NCBI GenBank assembly: GCA_050331735.1
Contig: JBHJGN010000024.1
Span: 10,755 to 74,754, forward strand
Length of the DNA stretch: 64,000 nucleotides
Source of the DNA: Cyanophyceae cyanobacterium
GTDB taxonomy: Bacteria > Cyanobacteriota > Cyanobacteriia > Cyanobacteriales > JBHJGN01
Direction: 5' to 3'
Positions within the stretch are counted from its first letter, which is position 1. Every line of letters begins with the position of its first letter. Below, piece by piece: positions 10,307-20,831 of this stretch. Below the pieces are notes generated by a model. The model was not told the DNA's origin. It saw only the letters and a program-made list of their open reading frames with translations, and did no database searches. Position numbers and translations under genes: made by a program.

Positions 10307-10932
10307 GAATTGGGAGCTGTATCATTGCTGCTGAAAACAACATTGTCAATCAATTTGCCAACGAAATCTGTATCGCTTTGATTAGCAATAACAATTTTTG
10401 TGATCAAATCGGCGTCAAAAATAACCCCAAAAAAAGTCGGCTGCTGAGCCAATTCTACCGTTTCTGTTGCCAAGAGTCCGCTGTCTCCGAAAATTTTTAC
10501 TTCGACAGTTCCCGAGGCTAGATCGGCTAGCAGATCAAAGCCTGCTTGACTAACTGGCTCAGTAAAATTGATAGCCAGATCGCTTAAAAAAGAGCTGGGA
10601 CCAATTACATCCGAAGGGACTCCTAAAACACCTTGAGCCAGCAGATCTAATTCGTTAATATTAGCCCCGACAGCAGAAAACCGAATTCCTGTTTCAATAT
10701 CGCCTGGGGAAAAAGCAGAATTTTTGGTCGTACTATCTAGATATCCCGAGAAACTAACAATATTGTTTTCTGTCAGGTTATTGTCTTCAAAGTCTTCTAG
10801 TCTTGGCTGGGAAGCCACGGCCAGAAACGCCTCTCGCTCTCTAAAGAATAAAATTTTAGCACAAACAGTCCCCTTAACTCCTAGAGCGATTAATGCAGCT
10901 CCAGCAGCAGCAATGATTTTTTTCATGGTCAT
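10303..10932 (-). CDS. Hypothetical secreted beta-rich protein resembling PEP-CTERM passenger domains
   Basis: MKKIIAAAGAALIALG signal peptide, EDFE, AGFD, FFGV, IDNVVF motifs; no PEP-CTERM tail. Confidence 0.6.
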   Translation of the reverse strand: MTMKKIIAAAGAALIALGVKGTVCAKILFFREREAFLAVASQPRLEDFEDNNLTENNIVSFSGYLDSTTKNSAFSPGDIETGIRFSAVGANINELDLLAQGVLGVPSDVIGPSSFLSDLAINFTEPVSQAGFDLLADLASGTVEVKIFGDSGLLATETVELAQQPTFFGVIFDADLITKIVIANQSDTDFVGKLIDNVVFSSNDTAPNS

Positions 10933-11541
10933 AAAAGTCGTTGCTGTTATTTCAGATGAAAAGACAGCAGGTCGAGCCGAAACTAAATAAATTTTTGTGT
11001 GTTTTTTGGGCTTGCTCAAAGAGTCAAGCCGCTAGTTTTAAGTAAATCAAGAAGATTTAATCTTTTAATAATCAATTGATAACATAGCGGTCTGAGGAGT
11101 CGTCAATGCGCTTGTGACTTCTTCATTAAATTAATAAACAAAAGATTTTCAATATAAAGGTTTTATGAAGAAGCTATGAGGCTAGATAAGAATGACATGA
11201 AAGAAAAATAAGTCACTAAATAAGTCACTTCTTTCACAAGTTTATTGAAAACAAGATTTTTTTTGCTAGGTAGCTCAATCAGGATGAAAGAGAAAACGGT
11301 AATTGACAGGAACTAAGTATCCGCTCGTTTTTCTGCCTGCTAACCGAGAAAATTGGTCAAGGCACAGTTTGAAGACGATCCACTAAATAAGGGCTAAACA
11401 TCCACAAAACTCTGGCTACTTTCGTAAAAATTTTGCTAGCAATAAGAACGGAGGCTTCATAGCCTTTGCTAGTTCTAATGATTGATGAGGGTTTGCTTTT
11501 TGCTAAACTGACCAATAGTATTGACAGTTGGAGATGAAAAG

Positions 11542-12840
11542 ATGGTCGCTGCTCAAGCTTCGCTCACAGAAATTGCGCAAGCAACTCGCCAAGGCGTACG
11601 CCAGCTAGCGGTATTGCCGACAGATCATAAAAACCAGGCGATAGAGGCGATCGCCCAGGCGCTAGAGGCGGCTGCCCCCGAAATTTTGGCGGCCAATGAA
11701 GCTGATTGTCAGGCAGCACAAACTAGCGGCATTGCTCACTCCCTGTACGCTCGGCTGAAGCTGGGAGAAACGAAGCTTAAGGCGGCGATCGCTGGCGTGA
11801 GAGATGTCGGCAAATTGAGCGATCCGGTAGGTCATACTCAAATTCACCGTCAACTGGACGAGGGCTTAATTTTGAAGCGAGTCACCTGTCCTCTCGGAGT
11901 TTTAGGCATCATTTTTGAAGCTCGTCCCGATGCATTGATTCAAATTACGAGCCTTGCCATCAAATCGGGGAATGGCGTGATTCTCAAAGGTGGCAAAGAA
12001 GCGACCCGTTCCTGTCAAGCCTTGACCAAGGCGATTCACAAGGGACTGGCCACCACACAAGTTTCTCCTCGTGTGGTCCAGCTACTGACAACCAGAGAAG
12101 AAACTCGGGCCTTGCTAGCGCTAGATGAGTACGTCGATTTAATTATCCCGAGAGGTTCTAATGCTTTTGTTCGCTACGTGCAGGAGAACACGCGCATTCC
12201 CGTTCTCGGACATGCAGACGGAATTTGCCACCTTTATGTAGATAGGGCGGCTGAGGTGGAAAAGGCCGTTGCCCTAGCAGTAGATGCAAAAACGCACTAT
12301 CCCGCTGCCTGCAACGCCATCGAGACGTTGCTGGTGCATCAGGACATTGCTGCCCAGTTTTTACCGCAGGCGGCAGCCGCTTTGCAAGCCGCAGGAACTC
12401 AACTATTGGGGGATGCTCAAGTTCGCCAGCTTGTGCCGATGACAGCGGCAATAGAAGCGGACTGGAGTACCGAGTATAGCGATTTAGTTTTAGCGATCAA
12501 AGTGGTTCCTTCCTTAGAAGCGGCGATCGCCCACATCAATACCTACGGTTCTAAACATACTGACGCGATCGCCACTGAAGATCGAGCCGCTGCCCACACT
12601 TTTTTGAACCAGGTCGATGCTGCCGGAGTCTTTCATAACTGTTCGACTCGCTTCGCCGATGGCTTCCGCTATGGGTTGGGGGCAGAAGTGGGCATCAGCA
12701 CCCAAAAAATGCCGCCTCGCGGTCCTGTCGGCTTAGAAGGGCTAGTCACCTACAAATACCAGGTAGTGGGGAACGGACACATCGCCGCTACCTACACAGG
12801 CACAACTGCCAAACCCTTTACTCACCAAGATTTAGCATAG
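11542..12840 (+). CDS. proA: Gamma-glutamyl phosphate reductase
   Basis: [52 protein letters not shown]. Confidence 0.97.
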   Translation: MVAAQASLTEIAQATRQGVRQLAVLPTDHKNQAIEAIAQALEAAAPEILAANEADCQAAQTSGIAHSLYARLKLGETKLKAAIAGVRDVGKLSDPVGHTQIHRQLDEGLILKRVTCPLGVLGIIFEARPDALIQITSLAIKSGNGVILKGGKEATRSCQALTKAIHKGLATTQVSPRVVQLLTTREETRALLALDEYVDLIIPRGSNAFVRYVQENTRIPVLGHADGICHLYVDRAAEVEKAVALAVDAKTHYPAACNAIETLLVHQDIAAQFLPQAAAALQAAGTQLLGDAQVRQLVPMTAAIEADWSTEYSDLVLAIKVVPSLEAAIAHINTYGSKHTDAIATEDRAAAHTFLNQVDAAGVFHNCSTRFADGFRYGLGAEVGISTQKMPPRGPVGLEGLVTYKYQVVGNGHIAATYTGTTAKPFTHQDLA

Positions 12841-12842
12841 CG

Positions 12843-13199
12843 TTGGATTCTATTCAGGTGACAGGCATTCGCTGCTACGGCTACACCGGCTACCTCAGCG
12901 AAGAACAGATTCTCGGACAGTGGTTTGAGGTCAATCTGACCCTCTGGCTCGATCTAGCACCAGCGGGGAGGAGCGATCACATCGAACACACTCTGGATTA
13001 TCGGGCGGCGATCGCCATTGTTAAGGAGTTAGTAGAGACCCAAAAGTTTGCCCTCGTCGAAAAATTAGCGACGGCGATCGCTCAGCAATTATTACAGCTA
13101 GATCTGGTGCAGAAAGTCCGTGTCCAGCTCACTAAACCGGCTGCCCCGATTCCTGACTTCGGCGGCAAAATTACCATCGACATCACCCGCACTCGGTGA
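12843..13199 (+). CDS. folB: Dihydroneopterin aldolase
   Basis: YGYTG..EEQILGQWFEV, TLDY, LVEKLA, KPAAPI. Confidence 0.93.
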   Translation: MDSIQVTGIRCYGYTGYLSEEQILGQWFEVNLTLWLDLAPAGRSDHIEHTLDYRAAIAIVKELVETQKFALVEKLATAIAQQLLQLDLVQKVRVQLTKPAAPIPDFGGKITIDITRTR

Positions 13200-13873
13200 G
13201 TCCAAGTCCCCTGCCTAGACCTAAGACAGATGTAGCGCTTTTGTGTCGAATCCTACAATGAACCTAAAATTGCCTTCAGTTATCTACTTAGCGATACGGA
13301 TTCTTGAACTCGTCCTAGATTTCCGTAATTTCACTAGGGAGATTGCTGTCTCTATTTGGGAAGTTTGTATTAAGAGGCTAAGCGTTAGAGCCATTTTAAT
13401 GCAATAAGCCAAAGCTTAGTAATCTAAACCTGTTTTTTGAATTAAGGCTGATGAATGCGAAAATTAGGCTAGCTGTTCACTGTTTTTGGCTGTATCTCAA
13501 CCAACCCGTCTTTGATTCCCAATCTTTATCAGTTTGGAGTATTTATCGCTTTTGGTATCTATATAAAGTTCAGTGGCTAGAAGATTGTTTAGCGAAAGAC
13601 TTACCTTCAAAAAGCCACCATTGATAGCAGTTGTCTCTTTGAGAAGGTACAGTCCTAAGTTTTAGTATTTGTTGATGGTTAATAGTTCATTGTTCTTTAA
13701 ACTACTACAAGGGCACCCTCAATAGCTTAGGAATTTCTGTCTATAGGCTTTAGGATAAGTTAATCTATTATTCTTGCTCCTGAGCCTATTGCATACGTCT
13801 ACTAGGGGACAATTTGCTATTAACCACTAACAAAAACTGTACTTGTTACTCTCTCCGCGTTAATCTAAAAATA

Positions 13874-15382
13874 CTATTTGATGTCGTAGCCAAACAAGTT
13901 AGCATCAACGTCGCCTAACTTTAAGTCATCCAGTCCGTATTCGGCCCAGCGCCTTTCTACCATTGCAGCAACTTCCGCATCGGACTCTAGCGGTTCTCCC
14001 CATTCGTGTTCGGTTTCGGGAGGAATTTTTGTGGTAGCATCGATCCCCATGCGTCCCCCTAAGCCAAGTTTTTGACTAGCAAAATCTAACGTATCAAAGG
14101 GCGTATGGGGCAAAATAAACACATCTCGGGAAGGATCAACCTTAGAACTGATGGCCCAAACCACCTGACGCGGGTCGCGGATGTTGATATTTTTGTCAAC
14201 AACGATGACAAATTTAGTGTAGGTAAATTGGGGCAAGGCGCTCCAAAACGCCAAGGCTGCCCGTCTTGCCTGCCCTGGATAGGCTTTATCAATGGAGATG
14301 ATGGCCGCTTTATAGCTGAGGGCTTCCATCGGCAGAAAGAAATCGACGATTTCAGACACCTGCTGGCGCAGGATCGGGGTATAAATGCGGTTAAGAGCGA
14401 TCGCCATCATCGCTTCTTCTTTCGGCGGACGACCGCTAAACGTGGTTAAATAAACCGGGTCTTTGCGGTGGGTCAGGCAGTGGAAGCGAATCAGCGGGGA
14501 ATCTTCAACTCCGCCGTAGTATCCCATATGGTCGCCAAAGGGACCATCTGGCAGCACTTCCCCTGGGGTAATCGTTCCTTCTAACACCAATTCTGAGTCG
14601 GCTGGCACTTCGAGATCCAGCGTCTTACAGTTTGCCAACTGTACGCCAGAACCGCCATAGAGTCCGGCAAACAGCCATTCAGATAAATCGACAGGAATGG
14701 GGGTGGCGGCGGCCATAATAATGAGAGGATCGACACCAAGGGCGATCGCAATTTCTAATTTTTTCCCCGCTTGTGCCGCTTTCCGCAGATGCCTAGCTCC
14801 GCCCCGAACCGACAGCCAATGTACCGTCATGGTATTTTTAGACTGGAGCTGCAAGCGATAGACTCCGACGTTAGGAGTGCCTGTTTCGACATCTTTGGTA
14901 ATTACCAACCCCAGCGTGATAATTTTGCCCGCATCTCCCGGATAGGGCCGAATGAGCGGGAGTTTGGTCAAATCTAGTTCATCCCCGGTAATCACCACCT
15001 GCTGACAGGCTGGAAAAAAACTTTTCCCTGGCTTGGCCTTCACTACGTCAAACAGCACTTTTCCAAAGTCTACGGCTTGGGAAATTTTCTTCGGCGGTTT
15101 GGGCTGTTGCAGCATGCCGAGCTTTTTACCCAGAGTTTCTAATTCCTCTGGCCGATCCATGTTCATCGCCCAGCAGATTCGTTCCACTGTTCCCATGAGG
15201 TTAATGGCCACCGGAAAATCAGCTCCTTTAACGTTTTCAAACAGCAGTCCCGGACCGCCTGCTTGCAGCATCCGGTTAGCAATCTCGGCAATTTCTAAAT
15301 CCGGATCGACAAGGGCATTGATGCGTCGTAGTTGCCCTCTTGTTTCCAACAGTTGAATAAATCCCCGTAGATCTCTTGCCAT
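13874..15382 (-). CDS. ubiD: UbiD-family decarboxylase
   Basis: NVGVYRLQ, DGPFGDHMGYY, GRPPKEE, DTLDFAS, GIDAT. Confidence 0.95.
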   Translation of the reverse strand: MARDLRGFIQLLETRGQLRRINALVDPDLEIAEIANRMLQAGGPGLLFENVKGADFPVAINLMGTVERICWAMNMDRPEELETLGKKLGMLQQPKPPKKISQAVDFGKVLFDVVKAKPGKSFFPACQQVVITGDELDLTKLPLIRPYPGDAGKIITLGLVITKDVETGTPNVGVYRLQLQSKNTMTVHWLSVRGGARHLRKAAQAGKKLEIAIALGVDPLIIMAAATPIPVDLSEWLFAGLYGGSGVQLANCKTLDLEVPADSELVLEGTITPGEVLPDGPFGDHMGYYGGVEDSPLIRFHCLTHRKDPVYLTTFSGRPPKEEAMMAIALNRIYTPILRQQVSEIVDFFLPMEALSYKAAIISIDKAYPGQARRAALAFWSALPQFTYTKFVIVVDKNINIRDPRQVVWAISSKVDPSRDVFILPHTPFDTLDFASQKLGLGGRMGIDATTKIPPETEHEWGEPLESDAEVAAMVERRWAEYGLDDLKLGDVDANLFGYDIK

Positions 15383-15529
15383 TACCCATTTAATTTAGCT
15401 TTGCTTCTCTATTATCTCTTCTTTTCAGGGGAAACTGAAGCAGTTAAAGAAGCGCTTAACTCTTAGCTGTTAGCTATTTGAGAAATTTTCTACCATGTGA
15501 AGTGTTGAGAGTCTAAATTAAGCTCAGAG

Positions 15530-16093
15530 CTATTCTAGTCCAGACGCTAAAACCTGTTTGACGGCGACAGCAAGCTCTAGCTGGTTAGAAATGATGCGGT
15601 CTTCACCCGTAAATACCATCTCGTCGTATAGACCCTCGTTCAATATTAGAACCGTTACTCGCTTCTCCAGCGGATCGACAATCCAATACTCAGGAACACC
15701 TGAAGCTGCATACTCCGAACGCTTATAACGGTAGTCTCGCGTTACTGAGTCAGGGCTAACAATTTCTACCACTAATTGGGGAACCGTCTGAAAAATTGCC
15801 GTTTGATCTAACAGTTCTAGTGCCGCTTCTCTAGGAATAATTAATAAATCGGCAAGGCGCGATTTCTGCCATCCTGTTCTCACCCCAGCTTCTTTAAAGC
15901 AGACCCAAGGTAAAGCTCTGCGTTCTATTTCAGCATCAAAACATTGCTCTAAATACTTAGCGATCAATAGATGTCTGACTCTTGGTGGGTTCATCAATTC
16001 CAACTTGCCATCCACCAATTCATAACGGTTTTCTGTTCCGTTATCGTATTGGCAATACTCCTCAAAACTGTAGATTGCTTCAGTCTCAATCAT
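15530..16093 (-). CDS. Uma2-family (PD-(D/E)xK) endonuclease-like protein
   Basis: RYELVDG, LVVEIVSP, DYRYKRSEYA, GVPEYWIVDP. Confidence 0.92.
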   Translation of the reverse strand: MIETEAIYSFEEYCQYDNGTENRYELVDGKLELMNPPRVRHLLIAKYLEQCFDAEIERRALPWVCFKEAGVRTGWQKSRLADLLIIPREAALELLDQTAIFQTVPQLVVEIVSPDSVTRDYRYKRSEYAASGVPEYWIVDPLEKRVTVLILNEGLYDEMVFTGEDRIISNQLELAVAVKQVLASGLE

Positions 16094-16298
16094 CAGTTTC
16101 CATTCCTGTTTTGGTCTAGTGCTGATTGTTGTTACGTGAGGTCAACGCTTTCAGTTCCTGTCATTATTATTCTGCCAGCTTGACTTAAATGAGCTGTGGT
16201 GATACTCGGTAGAAAGCGCTCACTAAAGTTTTTCACTCCAGGGTGAATCTATTTTTGGTGCTGCTTCCTATCTGATTTAACTCGTTAATGCTTTAAAA

Positions 16299-16370
16299 CT
16301 CCCCAGGTAGGATTCGAACCTACGACCAATCGGTTAACAGCCGACCGCTCTACCACTGAGCTACTGAGGA
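16299..16370 (-). tRNA. trnN: tRNA-Asn (GTT)
   Basis: Reverse complement TCCTCAGTAGCTCAGTGGTAGAGCGGTCGGCTGTTAACCGATTGGTCGTAGGTTCGAATCCTACCTGGGGAG; cloverleaf, anticodon GTT, CCA not encoded. Confidence 0.98.
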
Positions 16371-16513
16371 TTGCTGACAACAGTTATTTATTATAGCAAC
16401 AGAAAACGTGTTTAGGCAAGGATATTTAGATTTTACCACAGACGCTTCCTGGGCGCTGGAAAGCCAACGTTTTTACCGCTATTTTAGAAAGTGTTCTCCA
16501 CCTTGAGCGGCTC

Positions 16514-16978
16514 ATGCTGGCACATCACCGTAAATCCGTTTGCCTATCTTTGCTTTCTACAGATTTGCCTATCCTAGCCTCTTTAGAATCGGCAGCGACT
16601 ATTTATCAAAAAGATCGGGAACGGTTTCATTTACTATTGAGTCAGCCATTTGGGGCAGAATCGACAGATGATTGTCATCAGTCATCTCGTCAGCAATTAT
16701 TGTGGCTAGAACTCTCTCCCTATCGAGTCTTGATGACGATGCAGGAAAACGGTCGCTTGGGGTATCGCCACTTCTGGGAAGAAGGAATTTATGGCAGCAG
16801 TCGCTACTGGCTGCACAGTTATGCCGAAGACAGCAGCTCTTTTCGCTTACGCAACTTTACCCGCAGCCTTAAGCTCCAGGGCAATCCTTTTCCTCAAAAT
16901 CTACGACTTGACTATGAACTGTGGTCAGACCAAGTTCAGTTAGGACACTACGTTCTGCATCTTGAAATTCACCAATGA
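16514..16978 (+). CDS. Conserved cyanobacterial hypothetical protein
   Basis: WLELSPYRVLMTMQ..YRHFWE..YGSSRYWL..LRNFTR; directly upstream of map. Confidence 0.7.
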   Translation: MLAHHRKSVCLSLLSTDLPILASLESAATIYQKDRERFHLLLSQPFGAESTDDCHQSSRQQLLWLELSPYRVLMTMQENGRLGYRHFWEEGIYGSSRYWLHSYAEDSSSFRLRNFTRSLKLQGNPFPQNLRLDYELWSDQVQLGHYVLHLEIHQ

Positions 16979-17052
16979 CGCGGAGCGAGAGTGAGCTGGA
17001 GGTAACGAGGAAAGGTTTATGATGAAAGAAGCGTTGGTCAATTACTTAAATA

Positions 17053-17829
17053 ATGGGAAGCGAAACACTTACTCTTCTTTCAAGCCGAGAAATCGCAAAA
17101 ATGCGTCAGGCGGGACTTTTAGCTGCTCAATTGTTAGATCATTTAGCCCCGCTAGTCAAGCCCGGGGTTAGTACCCTAGAGCTAAATGAAGAAGCCGAAC
17201 GCTGGACGCAAGCCCACGGAGCCAAAAGTGCTCCTCTTGGCTATCCTGGTGCGGTGATCGACTTCCCAAAATCTATCTGTACCAGCGTCAATGAAGTCAT
17301 TTGTCACGGTATTCCCAACGCGCAGCAAATTCTCCGCGATGGTGACATTATTAACATCGACGTTACCCCCATCGTTGATGGCTATCATGGCGATACCTCT
17401 CGCACCTTCTTTGTTGGAGAGCCGACACCGCAAACGCGCAAATTAGTCGAAGTTACCGAAGAATGCTTGAGACGAGGCATTGCCGCCGTACAGCCAGGAG
17501 GAAAAATCGGCGATATTGGTGCAGCTATTCAAGAATATGCCGAAGCGAACGGATTTAGCGTGGTCAGAGATTTTGTTGGTCACGGCGTTGGCCGCATTTT
17601 CCATACAGCACCGCAAATTCCTCACTACGGAACGCGAGGCAAAGGCAAGCGGATTCGTCCCGGTATGGTGTTTACAATTGAACCGATGATTAACGAGGGA
17701 ACCTATGAAGCGGAGGTTCTCGAAGATGGCTGGACGGCAGTAACAAAAGACCGCAAGCTTTCAGCACAGTTTGAACATACCATTGCAGTGACGAAAGAGG
17801 GAGTGGAAATTTTAACTCGCAGAGATTAA
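17053..17829 (+). CDS. map: Methionine aminopeptidase type I
   Basis: SVNEVICHGIP, NIDVT, GDTSRT, GHGVG, TIEPMIN, SAQFEHT. Confidence 0.97.
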   Translation: MGSETLTLLSSREIAKMRQAGLLAAQLLDHLAPLVKPGVSTLELNEEAERWTQAHGAKSAPLGYPGAVIDFPKSICTSVNEVICHGIPNAQQILRDGDIINIDVTPIVDGYHGDTSRTFFVGEPTPQTRKLVEVTEECLRRGIAAVQPGGKIGDIGAAIQEYAEANGFSVVRDFVGHGVGRIFHTAPQIPHYGTRGKGKRIRPGMVFTIEPMINEGTYEAEVLEDGWTAVTKDRKLSAQFEHTIAVTKEGVEILTRRD

Positions 17830-17837
17830 ATAGATAC

Positions 17838-17863
17838 TTGTCCCCAGGTGTGCCTGGGGACAA
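17838..17863. terminator. Hairpin between convergent map and fbaB (likely bidirectional terminator)
   Basis: TTGTCCCCAGG-TGTG-CCTGGGGACAA perfect 11-bp stem. Confidence 0.7.
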
Positions 17864-17868
17864 CAGGA

Positions 17869-18951
17869 TTAAGCAATGGTCACTTCAGACGATAGGTACA
17901 CATCCTGAATCAGGTGGAAAATCTTCACGCCTTCTTTCAAAGGACGCTGGAACGTTTTCCGACCAGAAATCAAGCCACAGCCGCCAGCGCGTTTGTTAAT
18001 CACAGCAGTACGAACCGCTTCAGCAAAATCATTTTTTCCGGAAGCTCCCCCAGAGTTGATTAAACCGCTGCGTCCAGCGTAGCAGTTGAGCACCTGATAG
18101 CGAGTGAGATCAATGGGATGGTCGGTTGTCAGTTCTGTATAAACGCGGTCGTCGGTTCTGCCATACTTTTTACCAGTCGCTTTCGCCACCGCTTCATAGC
18201 CACCGTTGCACAGTGGGAGTTTTTGCTTAATGATGTCGGCTTGAATCGTTACGCCCAGGTGATTCGCTTGTCCGGTTAAGTCCGCCGCTACATGGTAGTC
18301 CTGGTCTTGCTTGAAAGCGCTGTTACGCAGATAACACCAGAGAATCGTCGCCATTCCGAGTTCGTGTGCTAGTTCAAAGGCGCGGCTCACTTCTTGAATT
18401 TGACGGTCCGATTCAGGGGAACCGAAGTAAATAGTGGCTCCCACCGCGACAGCCCCCAAATTCCAAGCCTGTTCAACACTACCAAACATGATTTGATCGT
18501 GCTTGTTGGGGTAAGTGAGTAGTTCATTGTGATTCAGCTTAACAATAAAGGGGATGCGGTGAGCATACTGGCGAGACACTATACCGAGAACGCCTAGAGT
18601 GGTGGCAACGGCGTTACAGCCTCCTTCGAGAGCCAGTTTAATGATGTTTTCTGGGTCAAAGTAGGCGGGGTTGGGCGCAAAAGAGGCGGCTCCTGAATGT
18701 TCAATGCCCTGATCGACAGGCAGAATGGAAAGATAGCCCGTATTGGCTAGTCGTCCGGTAGAATAGAGCTGCTGAAGGCTACGCAGCACTTGAGGCGAGC
18801 GATCGCTTTTGGCAAACACTCGCTCGATAAAATCAGGACTAGGTAAATTGAGCCTGTCTTGAGAAACTTTTGCCTGATAGGTGAGCAGGCTTTCTGCCTC
18901 ATTGCCCAACCAAGATTCAATCGATTGTGGAGCAGATAAAGTAGTTGTCAT
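17869..18951 (-). CDS. fbaB: Class I fructose-bisphosphate aldolase (DhnA/FbaB type)
   Basis: [18 protein letters not shown] Schiff-base Lys, INKRAGG.GLISGRK. Confidence 0.95.
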   Translation of the reverse strand: MTTTLSAPQSIESWLGNEAESLLTYQAKVSQDRLNLPSPDFIERVFAKSDRSPQVLRSLQQLYSTGRLANTGYLSILPVDQGIEHSGAASFAPNPAYFDPENIIKLALEGGCNAVATTLGVLGIVSRQYAHRIPFIVKLNHNELLTYPNKHDQIMFGSVEQAWNLGAVAVGATIYFGSPESDRQIQEVSRAFELAHELGMATILWCYLRNSAFKQDQDYHVAADLTGQANHLGVTIQADIIKQKLPLCNGGYEAVAKATGKKYGRTDDRVYTELTTDHPIDLTRYQVLNCYAGRSGLINSGGASGKNDFAEAVRTAVINKRAGGCGLISGRKTFQRPLKEGVKIFHLIQDVYLSSEVTIA

Positions 18952-19045
18952 CGTTAAAATTCTTAAATTCTCATAAGAGTCATTATATTTTTTATACGCT
19001 AGGCAAGTCTTTTAAAACTCCCGCCGGTGTCAGAGTTTAGTTCAG

Positions 19046-19414
19046 ATGATTAAATATACTGATGCGTTTGTCACGTTAGCTGCCGCCGATAGCACAGTAC
19101 TTGTTAATTTTTATCGCCAACTGTTAGGCAAAGAGCCTCATCCACATATTCCGAATGTCTATGCTGAGTTTCGGCTGAGCGGGCTACGCCTCGGCATTTT
19201 TCAGCCCCGGGCCGATCGTCAGTCGGAGTTTGCTGATTCGACTCAGAGTGGCATGAGCTTATGCTTAGAAGTAGAAGATTTAGAGGCGGTGATCGCCCAT
19301 CTCACTCAAATCGGTGCGTCACCGCCGGGAAAAATGACCGTTGCCTCTCACGGTCGAGAAATCTATGCCTACGATCCGGCAGGCAATCGCCTGATTCTGC
19401 ACCAGTCTCCCTGA
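19046..19414 (+). CDS. VOC/glyoxalase-family protein
   Basis: FY..LLG, LCLEVEDL, HGRE..YDPAGNRL. Confidence 0.88.
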   Translation: MIKYTDAFVTLAAADSTVLVNFYRQLLGKEPHPHIPNVYAEFRLSGLRLGIFQPRADRQSEFADSTQSGMSLCLEVEDLEAVIAHLTQIGASPPGKMTVASHGREIYAYDPAGNRLILHQSP

Positions 19415-19481
19415 GAGAGCGTGTTGTCAACCAGCCACCACCGCTATAAGCTAGACCTTACTCGTTGTTAGTCGTGCCTTT

Positions 19482-19901
19482 ATGTCTCCGCTACCCGACC
19501 ATCGACCCGCTCAACTGTCCTTGGGCCCTTTAGAAGCAGAAATCCTGAGCATTATTTGGGAGTTAGGTTCTGCTACAACCAAAGAAATTCACGAACAAAT
19601 CTTAAGCAACCCAGAGCGAGAACTCGCCTACGCCTCGGTTTCAACCGTCCTGCGTCGTCTAGCTCAAAAGGAGTGGATTAGCTGCGATAAACAGGAGCGA
19701 GCGTTTGTCTGGCGAGCACTCGTTTCTCCACAAGAAGCCAAGATGCTTCAGGCCCACAGTCGCTTACAGCAGTTTCTCGATGTGGGCAATCCCGATGTGG
19801 TCGCTGCCTTTGCCGACCGCTTAGACAGAGCGAGCATCGAGAAAATAGAGGCGATCGCGCAACGCTTACAGGCCATTCGTCAACAGCGGGAGGAAGAATA
19901 A
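19482..19901 (+). CDS. BlaI/MecI/CopY-family transcriptional repressor
   Basis: LGPLEAEILSIIW, LAYASVSTVLRRL. Confidence 0.92.
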   Translation: MSPLPDHRPAQLSLGPLEAEILSIIWELGSATTKEIHEQILSNPERELAYASVSTVLRRLAQKEWISCDKQERAFVWRALVSPQEAKMLQAHSRLQQFLDVGNPDVVAAFADRLDRASIEKIEAIAQRLQAIRQQREEE

Positions 19902-20725
19902 TGCATCTAAGCTTAATGGCGATCGCCATTGCTGGAGCGCTTCTGTTCAGACTAACCTGGACTAAAACCAGAAACTGGCAGCAGAGATGGCAAAGAGCGT
20001 TAGGAGCGTTCGTTATTCCTCCCCTACTGCTGTTAACGTCCTCTCTAGCGGTTCTGTTCATGGGAACGCAAGGCACCATGCTTGGGTTAAAGGTCGGCAA
20101 TGGCGGCTATTTCATCGCGGGGAGTTTCCTCAGCTTTGCCGGAGGAATGCTGCTTCATCTCGGCGGGCAAGGGTGGCGTTCTCTTCAGCAGGTGCAGAAT
20201 TTTGCTTGGGTAGAAGTGCAAGGAAGCCGGGGACGCTTGCTAAACTCTGACAGCCTGTTTGCCGCTCAGATTGGCTTTTGGCACTCGGAATTAGTTATTA
20301 GTCAAGGTCTGCTGCGATCTTTCGACTCTGCTCATCTAGGGGCAGTTATTGCTCACGAACAGGCTCACAGCCACTACCGGGACACCTTTTGGTTTTTCTG
20401 GTTAGGCTGGTGTCGTCGCCTCAGCGCCCTGCTTCCTCAAACTGAACCGTTATGGCAAGAGCTATTGCTGTTACGGGAATTGCGAGCCGATCGTCGGGCA
20501 GCGCAGCAGGTAGATTCGTTACTCCTCGCTGAATCGCTGCTGCTGATGGTTAAAGCTCCTCTAGTCGAATCAGGATTAGCTACCTGTAGTGCCGCGGCAG
20601 CTTCTACCAGTCGCCTAGAGGAGCGCATCGAGGCTTTACTTTCCCCAGAAGAAATCACACCCAAGCGTCAGCTATGGTGGCTAGTCGGACTATTGCCGCT
20701 TCTCACGATGTTGCTTCATCGCTAA
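19901..20725 (+). CDS. M56/BlaR1-like membrane metallopeptidase (no penicillin-sensor domain)
   Basis: HEQAH (HExxH), ELRAD, two N-terminal TMs; TAATG coupling to blaI. Confidence 0.88.
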   Translation: MHLSLMAIAIAGALLFRLTWTKTRNWQQRWQRALGAFVIPPLLLLTSSLAVLFMGTQGTMLGLKVGNGGYFIAGSFLSFAGGMLLHLGGQGWRSLQQVQNFAWVEVQGSRGRLLNSDSLFAAQIGFWHSELVISQGLLRSFDSAHLGAVIAHEQAHSHYRDTFWFFWLGWCRRLSALLPQTEPLWQELLLLRELRADRRAAQQVDSLLLAESLLLMVKAPLVESGLATCSAAAASTSRLEERIEALLSPEEITPKRQLWWLVGLLPLLTMLLHR

Positions 20726-20831
20726 AAAACAGTGATAGCGGTCATTGAGTTAGAGAGGAATATCCCAAGGCAGTCCAGGAATTATCTATCAACAATTAAC
20801 CATCAACAAAATACAGGGTAAAACCTTGTCT

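Noticed and set aside
16299..16370. tRNA-Asn as an integration site
   Set aside because: No integrase and no duplicated tRNA 3' end found in the window
19482..20725. BlaI/BlaR1-like pair as beta-lactam resistance
   Set aside because: No penicillin-binding sensor domain or beta-lactamase; a common cyanobacterial regulatory pair
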